DNA of 63,576 nucleotides, filler included, from Trichomonas gallinae (taxonomy: Eukaryota): assembly GCA_008369845.1 (NCBI GenBank). It is 14 parts of 14 records of this genome, joined end to end, with 100 filler letters (N's around TTAATTAATTAA, not from the genome) between each part and the next. Parts side by side here need not be neighbours in the genome. Positions count along the whole stretch, not along the records: positions 56,007 to 57,417 come from MRSU01001243.1; positions 57,518 to 58,788 come from MRSU01001245.1; positions 58,889 to 60,956 come from MRSU01001246.1; positions 61,057 to 62,408 come from MRSU01001256.1; positions 62,509 to 63,576 come from MRSU01001265.1; 9 more parts are not named here. The stretch is one strand, 5' to 3'. Each line of letters begins with the position of its first letter. The first letter of the stretch is position 1. A program made the position numbers and the translations under genes. This document shows positions 56,547-63,576 of this stretch, piece by piece. The notes under the pieces were generated by a model. It had not been told where the DNA came from, ran no database searches, and was given only the letters and a program-made list of their open reading frames with translations.

Positions 56547-57022
56547 TTTTGGCATGCTTCAACATTCTTGTATAGAGCAATTGCAGACTGAATTGCTTTA
56601 GATTATTCTGTGCATCAAACTGTGAAGCAGATCAAATTCTCGCGATTCACAAGGATAATTTGCGACAAATGTGTTCTACTCGGCTTGTAGCACTAGAACA
56701 TGCATATACTAGACGTATGTGTGAGGGCAATAAGCGGAATAGAACAGTCTGACGACTTTTTTGCAAGCGATGAGAATGTGCTCGCTAGCTTTTGGTATGC
56801 TTCAAGATTCTTGCACAGAGCAATTAATAACTGAATTACTTACGATTGTATTGTACATCATGCAGTGAAGCGCATCAAATTCTCGAGATTCGCAAAGATA
56901 ATTTGCGAAAAGCATATTCTATTCCAATTGTAGCACTAGAATATGCATATATTCGATGTGTATGTTAGCGCAATAAGCGAAATAGAACAGTCTGACGACT
57001 TTTTTGCTCGCGATGAGAATGA
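56547..57022. repeat. Tandem duplication, 243-bp period, hairpin-rich
   Basis: Units start ttttgg(c/t)atgcttcaa at 56547 and 56790 and share gcaataagcg.aatagaacagtctgacgactttttt. Confidence 0.9.
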
Positions 57023-57518
57023 GTAAGAATAGAAATTAAAATTGAACTTGAACTGCACAACCCTCGTTCATAACCTCATACATGACTACCACTGAGCCAT
57101 ATTCCCAACACACAAATTCGCCATAATAGTAGCATCAAGTATTTCGCTTTACACGACATATTCTTCACTTTTTTTTGACAGTTTACATGTTAAATTATCT
57201 TGAGCTGTTTTTGACACTTTACAATGTCAGAATTTCTAAAAAAAAGTGAAAGCGTAAACAAAATTATGACGCAGCTTTCTATGACACAGACACAAGAGCC
57301 TGGATGTAACGCAAATAGTTATGACTACAGGAAGCCAATTACTAATATATCGATAATTGATGAGATTAAAAGCAAGATTCTCTCTTCAAAAGTAACTCGA
57401 ACTTTTTATTCTCATTANNNNNNNNNNNNNNNNNNNNNNNNNNNNNNNNNNNNNNNNNNNNTTAATTAATTAANNNNNNNNNNNNNNNNNNNNNNNNNNN
57501 NNNNNNNNNNNNNNNNNT

Positions 57519-57581
57519 CCTTACAACTTCGTCCCTCTCCCATACCGCACACCTTCCCCAACAAACAGTGACACTGAATAA
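57519..57581 (+). CDS. 3' end of an unknown gene (partial)
   Basis: PYNFVPLPYRTPSPTNSDTE* with C-ending codon bias, directly after the gap; stop TAA within a TAAA poly(A)-signal context. Confidence 0.5.
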   Translation, partial: PYNFVPLPYRTPSPTNSDTE

Positions 57582-58889
57582 ACTTTGATTTTATTTTCTA
57601 AATTAGCAATTTTTTTTATCATTACTAGCAAATCAAAAGTGAACTTTGCCTTTTTTATCAATTGAACACCAATCAATACCCATTGTATTCAACATGTTTT
57701 TAGCTTGCATCGACCGGGCTAATAAAACAGAAATGGATGATGAGAATAAATGGCTTGTAGAGGTCTTCAATGTTGATTGATAATGTCATTTCTGAACTGA
57801 ATGTTGAGATTGCGTATGTCATGATGGAAAGATGAGAAAGGTTAAATAAATCATTGCGTGAAAGTTCGACTTTGTGCAAAAGAAATGCATGCCTGGATAT
57901 TTCATGATGATGTTAATTTCTAACTTCTCATCATGTTGCATCATTGCAGGTTACTTCATTCTATTTTGAGAAGCCGAATTTTAGATGAATTGGCGAAAAG
58001 ATTAAGCGGATTTTGCTGACCTTCTATATTCATGCATTGAGTTCAATTATTAGGCAGTATTTAATAAAGCATTTATAAATAGAGCGAACTCATTGTTATA
58101 ACTGATATAAAGCATCAATTCAGCATTAGAATTAACCGAGGTTATTAATACTAAATCATGTAGCTATTTGCTATTGAGCATTTTCATGTCGTTAAAGTTT
58201 TTCTTTTGACTTATTATTAAATGATGGCATACCACAACATTTATATTAGCTATTATTCTAGCATGTTTCATTTGACACTCGAGTATGGTTTAAGATCCTA
58301 ACAATTATTGCAATGGTTTCCTGTTATTATGCACACTTGTTGATGATAAGTTTCTAGCCACTTGTTGATTTTGTAACATGGATATTTGTAACATTTATCC
58401 AAGAGGTCAATGATTCATTGACTCAATGAATACTACGACACTGGAAAGTTTAAAATGGATCAGAATATTAGACCAATTTGCGTTCTTTCGATTTGCTCGA
58501 AAATATCGACATTGTTTGCAATTCAGGAAGTTATTGCCGAATAACTAAAGACAATGAGAACATAAATTTATTCGGAAATGGAATTATGTTTATTTGCAAA
58601 TAAATATATTCATTAATAACTTAAGTTATTCGGAAATAACTATTCAAAATTATATATTTAATATAGATAAACCGCGAATAGCTTTCAATTTTTCGAAACA
58701 TTTATTCAAAAAAAATTGTCAAAAAATCAACTAAGTGCTATTGTTAGAAATTATTATTTAATATTAAATTTAAAGCACTATGATTTGTNNNNNNNNNNNN
58801 NNNNNNNNNNNNNNNNNNNNNNNNNNNNNNNNTTAATTAATTAANNNNNNNNNNNNNNNNNNNNNNNNNNNNNNNNNNNNNNNNNNNNG

Positions 58890-58964
58890 TGTCACTTTTT
58901 GAACACTTTACGTGTCAAATCTGACATGTAAACCTGTCACTTTTCGTTCCGCATTTCGGTACAG
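58890..58964. repeat. Dispersed ~75-bp repeat, copy 2
   Basis: Matches 56181-56254; abuts the contig start. Confidence 0.88.
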
Positions 58965-59117
58965 AACAATGATGTTAATGAATCAACACAAAAACTTGTT
59001 ATATATCAAATATTTTTTTGATTTGATTTGGAATTTGTAAGTAAATTACGAAGGATATAAAATATTTACAAATGTATAATATCGTGAACAGAACAACAGA
59101 AGGAAAGACTGATAATA

Positions 59118-60110
59118 TCAATGACCAGGTCTTCCTTTAGCGGACATAGGTCGGAAAATCTTTGGTTTTCCTTGTGTCAGCATGTTTTTAGACGGAATTT
59201 TGTTGGGTTGATTCTTGAAAAAGCCAGGAAAGCCTTTTGTTTCGAATGATCCGTAAGATGAAGGTGGTCTTTCGTCGATCTTATCCCTAATCTGTTCTGT
59301 CATAAGCACCTCTTCATCTTCTATCTGTGAGAAATCTAATGGCGCGATAGTAATATTATTATTATCTGTCTGACTTGATTCTGCAGCAGCAGCAGGTGGT
59401 GGAGATGCAGGTGGATGTGGAGAAGTAGGCGAAGGCTCTGGTTCTTTGACCATTTTCTCCATAGTACGAGGTACGTTATTTTCTGCTCCATCTTCAAACT
59501 TAACTGTTGAAGGAACTTTGCTGATCTTGCGTGGCGTCTTCGGCTGGCGTGGTTTAAGACGCTTTTCGTCTAAATAAACAAGCTTTGGAAGTAATTTTGC
59601 AACTTTTTCGCGATAATTTTCAACTTTTGCTGCTGGATTTCCTGCTAATGTCAGTGCCTGTAGGCGCGGTGATGTCGTTAAAATTTCAATATCATCGAGA
59701 TTTGCTATAAGATTGTCTTCAAAATCGATAATTCTGAGTCTTTCCATTCCCAAAAGATCGCAGAAGTCTGTAATTTTGTTAAACGCTAGATATAATTCTT
59801 CAAGATTGTGTGAAAGAGTGCTTATTCCGTCCAATGATGTTAAATTGCATCTAGCGAGAGAAAGAAAGCGTAAATTGACTAATTCACATCCAATATCACG
59901 TACAGACGGTATAATCGAGTTGTTAAGTCGAAGTTTTTGCAAATTCGGAAACATTTCGCCGAGAAAAGTGAGAGTCAATTCCCTTGTGTCCACTTTCGCT
60001 TCTAAAGCCTCCAGTGTGCCAAGCTCGTTCGGGCCTTCATAATTCGCAATGTTGTCGACCTCGTATCGCGTCCTATCCCCGGGAAACTCTAAAATAGCTC
60101 GTTCAAGCAT
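59118..60110 (-). CDS. LRRC56: LRRC56-like (ODA8) flagellar dynein assembly LRR protein
   Basis: LEAKVDTRE.TL..LG..FPNLQKLRLNNS.I.SVRDIG..L.NLRFLSLARCNLTSLDGI...LEELYLAFNKI...LTLAGNP matches the LRRC56 signature; disordered tail. Confidence 0.8.
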   Translation of the reverse strand: MLERAILEFPGDRTRYEVDNIANYEGPNELGTLEALEAKVDTRELTLTFLGEMFPNLQKLRLNNSIIPSVRDIGCELVNLRFLSLARCNLTSLDGISTLSHNLEELYLAFNKITDFCDLLGMERLRIIDFEDNLIANLDDIEILTTSPRLQALTLAGNPAAKVENYREKVAKLLPKLVYLDEKRLKPRQPKTPRKISKVPSTVKFEDGAENNVPRTMEKMVKEPEPSPTSPHPPASPPPAAAAESSQTDNNNITIAPLDFSQIEDEEVLMTEQIRDKIDERPPSSYGSFETKGFPGFFKNQPNKIPSKNMLTQGKPKIFRPMSAKGRPGH

Positions 60111-61056
60111 TTTTTTTAAACCGATAAAAACCGTTTTTATAAAATTTAAGCTGTCTTTTTATCTTCCGCCTTTCTGCTCGTTTTGGGGCTTCTGGGTGCT
60201 TACGGCTGCATCGCTGGAGTGGTACTGGTGATGTTGGTGCATTAATTCATCATGAAAATGATATTTTTCGGATATGTTCTAGCATAGTCTACTGTTTTGT
60301 TTTTGCCAAATTGATTATTTGATAAAATACTTTAAATATACTCGATCTATTTGACTTATTTTTAATCTTCATCACGATATATTCAAATTACATTCTTCCT
60401 AACGATTTGTATCATAACAGATGCATTTACGATGAATTGGTTTTTAATTTTCTTGATCTGAAATACATAATCAACAGAAAATATAATATTTTCCAAAACA
60501 AAATTCGGAATTAAGCCAAATCATCATTGTATAATATCAAATCTCATTACATCTTATCATATAGAATCAATAAAACCAATCATTTCAAAAAAAATTAAAC
60601 AATTCGATTGAATTAAAGAAAGATAAGCAGAACAAAAGAGATATTGAACTTGTTAATCGTTATATTTATGTTTACAACATCAAATGCAAAAAAGAACCAA
60701 CTATAAAATTACTTATAAAAATATATCTAACATCCTTTGTTTTGATGTTAACCGGAAAATGCTCCTATAATGAAAGAAATACAGTTGACTTATCATTTAC
60801 AGTATTCATTTATTTCTCATGTTCAATTCGAAAAGTCTCCTTAGTTGGACTTTCACTCGATGACTTAGTAATCTTATTTATTTTTTTATAATTTCAGGAT
60901 TTTTTTTTCATTTTGTTTCTTGTCTCCTGCATGGAGATTATGCCCCAGAAGACGTCNNNNNNNNNNNNNNNNNNNNNNNNNNNNNNNNNNNNNNNNNNNN
61001 TTAATTAATTAANNNNNNNNNNNNNNNNNNNNNNNNNNNNNNNNNNNNNNNNNNNN

Positions 61057-62407
61057 CTTTACTTTCAGATGGTGTTAATGGTGTAACGTCAACAATATAT
61101 TTGATGGTAAATTTATTTTCAGAATACACCGTGACACTCTGACCAATAGCATCTGTGAATTCAATTCCCAGATATTTGTTTGAGCCTTTCTTTTCTGACT
61201 CTGGGATTGGAATAGTCAACTTGTATTGATTTGGTGAGCCATTAATTGGTTCTGGCTTGTTTTTCATTTGGATTGCTTTGACAAGTGGTGTGTTTCGATT
61301 TTGGACGAACAGATACTTGATTTTAGTTTCTTCGATTTTGTAGAAAAATTTAACATCAATCTTCACAGTAATTGATTCAGTATAATTATAAGTAACACCT
61401 GGATTTATATCGACAATTGATTTAACTTTTGGCGCTGCAACAACCATTATATTAGCTGTTGATGTCTGCACTTCCATTGATCCAAGCATCAAAACGACTG
61501 TAACTTTATCATCTGCCAATTCGTTGTTATCAAGTCTTGCTGTCACTTTAAATACATTATTTTCAATAGATTCGACTTCTGGAACGAAATTATTATTCTT
61601 CGCTTTATTATTGCCATCACCAACATGAATTCTTACTTTTGGCGTGACAAAAGATGGCTCCTTGATTGAACATTTGAGATTAACCTTACCTGAAACTGCT
61701 ATAATCTTGCTTTTTTCGTCATATGGTTCGCACTGTAACGAGAAATCTTCGTCTTTGTATACAATGATATCATTTGTAAATGTAACAGGATTAGAATTTT
61801 GTTTAGCAACATCGATATATTGGGCAATCAAATGATATTTCTTTGTTTGAATTTCAGGGACTTTAAATGTGAATGTGTATAAATTATCTACGAGTGTGAG
61901 TTTAGAGCTTTGGGCTGTCAATCCTGTAAAATCTTTTTGATTTGTATTTGAAGCATCGAAGAGGGCCGCTTTAATTTGACCTTTTGTAATGTCATACGAT
62001 TTGACTTTCAATTTGAATGAGAGTGATGCTCCAGGATGTATCGGATGATTTTCACCTACTAAATTCAGCTCACTTATTTCTGGAGTTGGAACAATATGTA
62101 GATTATCGATTACAGCCTTGTTAGAAACCTTTTCTCCATCAACAATGGCAAATGTAACTGCTTCGTAGACTTTATTGATTTGGACTTTTGATAAGTCTAA
62201 AGTATAATCGACATTTTCGCCTTCGTGCCAGCTTTCCTCTTCAATATTGAAATCATTTGAAGCACCTGAGTCTCCACCCAATTTGGCTTTAATTTTACCA
62301 CCGACAACCATTGAATCACATGTGAATGTAATTCTACTTTGTGCTCCAAAGTTTGTCTCAGTTGACGTGAGTGCACAGCTAAGCTTATTAACTTTAACAA
62401 TGATACT
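61057..62407 (-). CDS. Internal fragment of a large Ig-like repeat (Bap-like) surface protein
   Basis: Frame open across the entire contig; beta-strand-rich ~100-aa units (TPEISEL, APKVKSI, IEFTDAIGQS). Confidence 0.75.
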
Positions 62408-62509
62408 TNNNNNNNNNNNNNNNNNNNNNNNNNNNNNNNNNNNNNNNNNNNNTTAATTAATTAANNNNNNNNNNNNNNNNNNNNNNNNNNNNNNNNNNNN
62501 NNNNNNNNA

Positions 62510-63576
62510 ACAGTATTAAAACTAGTTCCTCATACATATTCCGGCGATTTTGTTGTTCCATCGAGTGTTACTACTATTGGTACAGGATCGTCAGATACAG
62601 AATCTCCATTTCATTATTGCCGCGATAATTTGAATTCGATCTCATTTGAAACAGGAAGCAAAGTAGTAAAAATTTGTCCTTATTGTTTTTACAAATCTTC
62701 TATTGTTTCTGCCGACATGAGTCAGTGTCTACTTTTGATTGAAATAAACAATGCAGTTTTTTCAACATGTAAACAACTCTCTAATGTTATTTTACCTCCA
62801 AACTTACAAACTTTAAGATCTGGAGCTTTCCAAGATTGTACAGCTTTAACAAGAATTGATCTTCCTGATACTGTTACAAAAATGTATGCATCCCACAATA
62901 CCTTTGGTAAAGTTTTTGGTGGATCAGGACTTGAAGAAATTGTTATCTCAAAAAATTCAAAGTTAGAAAGTGTTGGTAGCGATGTTTTCATTTCGACAAA
63001 ACTAAAATATTTTTATATTCCTCAAAATTTGACAGATCTAAATCCCTCAGCATTTGGACATTGTCCTGTAAAAAAATTTGAAATTCATTCACTTAATAAA
63101 AAATTTAAAACAGATGGGACAAAGATTTTCACAGGTGAAAACAATAATACTTTGCATTTTGTTTCATCTTATGTTACAGAATCATACACAGTCCCAAAAT
63201 ATGTGACAAGAATTGAAGATGGAGCTGTTAGAGGTGGACACTTGCAAGGAATTATTTTTCATGACGACATATCATATATTGGCTCATGGGCCTTTTCATC
63301 CAATGATTTTATTGAAATCAGTTTTCCAACTATGCTAACTTATGTTCCTAGCTGTGTTTGTTATGGATGTCCTCAACTTGTTACTGTACATTTGACTAAT
63401 AGCATCACACTTATTGATGGCAGAGCTTTCTATCAATGTTCGCGATTACAGAATATAAATTTACCATTAAATTTGACTACTATAGCTTACAGGGCATTTT
63501 ATGGATGCTCACAACTGACACAATTGTTCCTTCCTGAGAATTTCGCGTCACTGGGAGAAGGTGCATTCACTGGATG
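62510..63576 (+). CDS. BspA-like (TpLRR) surface protein, internal fragment
   Basis: Open frame absent from the ORF track: VPSSVTTIG, VILPPNLQTLRSGAFQDCTALTRIDLPDTV, AFYQCSRLQNINLPLNLTTIAYRAFYGCSQLTQLFLP. Confidence 0.93.

Noticed and set aside
57224..57417. ORF running into the gap (MSEFLKKS... / MTQLSMTQ...)
   Set aside because: May be a real 5' end, but too short and featureless to support a call.
10699..62508. Recurrent TTAATTAATTAA between N-runs (10699, 12618, 14164, 20680, 25194, 31691, 49990, 52659, 55907, 57418, 58789, 60957, 62409; 100 nt each)
   Set aside because: Artificial six-frame-stop scaffold spacer, not a biological repeat, TTAA target site or CRISPR repeat.
1..63576. Spliceosomal introns, rRNA, intact transposase or Maverick genes
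   Set aside because: No ACTAACACACAG-type intron end, rRNA sequence or integrase/polB/transposase motif was seen on reading; a formal scan was not possible.

Overview
Low-GC, essentially intron-free eukaryotic DNA from a trichomonad, most likely Trichomonas vaginalis. The assignment rests on Inr TCAYT/TCATA, AAAGTGAC, and M3 plus CCTTT core-promoter motifs, and on IBD, BspA, Pmp and Bap-like gene families. The window is 14 contigs joined by 13 artificial 100-nt spacers (N44-TTAATTAATTAA-N44), so adjacency across gaps is unverified. Recognisable genes include a Cyp33-type RRM, a CXC protein, Sec24, a DRAM/Frag1 protein, FKBP, two SDR-like/GT-A paralogues, PQ-loop, RPS3A, SCP phosphatase, WD40, Pmp, LRR proteins (including LRRC56), IBD, Rab and kinases. 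PEPCK, Bap-like and BspA genes are present as fragments. There is one tRNA-Ile(GAT), and several pseudogenes (Fe-ADH, adenylate cyclase, others). Most interesting: (1) an NXF1/Mex67-like RRM-LRR protein fused to a GW/WG-rich tail, a candidate Argonaute/Piwi partner; (2) a bacterial-type SH3b-SH3b-GH19 candidate peptidoglycan hydrolase; (3) an ADH pseudogene bracketed by inverted repeats ending in tRNA-Leu-like sequence; (4) a G34 tRNA-Ile; (5) a recurrent promoter-proximal TGACATGTAAA motif; (6) a tandem all-hairpin 243-bp unit; (7) a TtcA-like pseudoenzyme and a PAZ/DUF4708-like ORF. All family calls come from reading motifs by eye; no searches were run.
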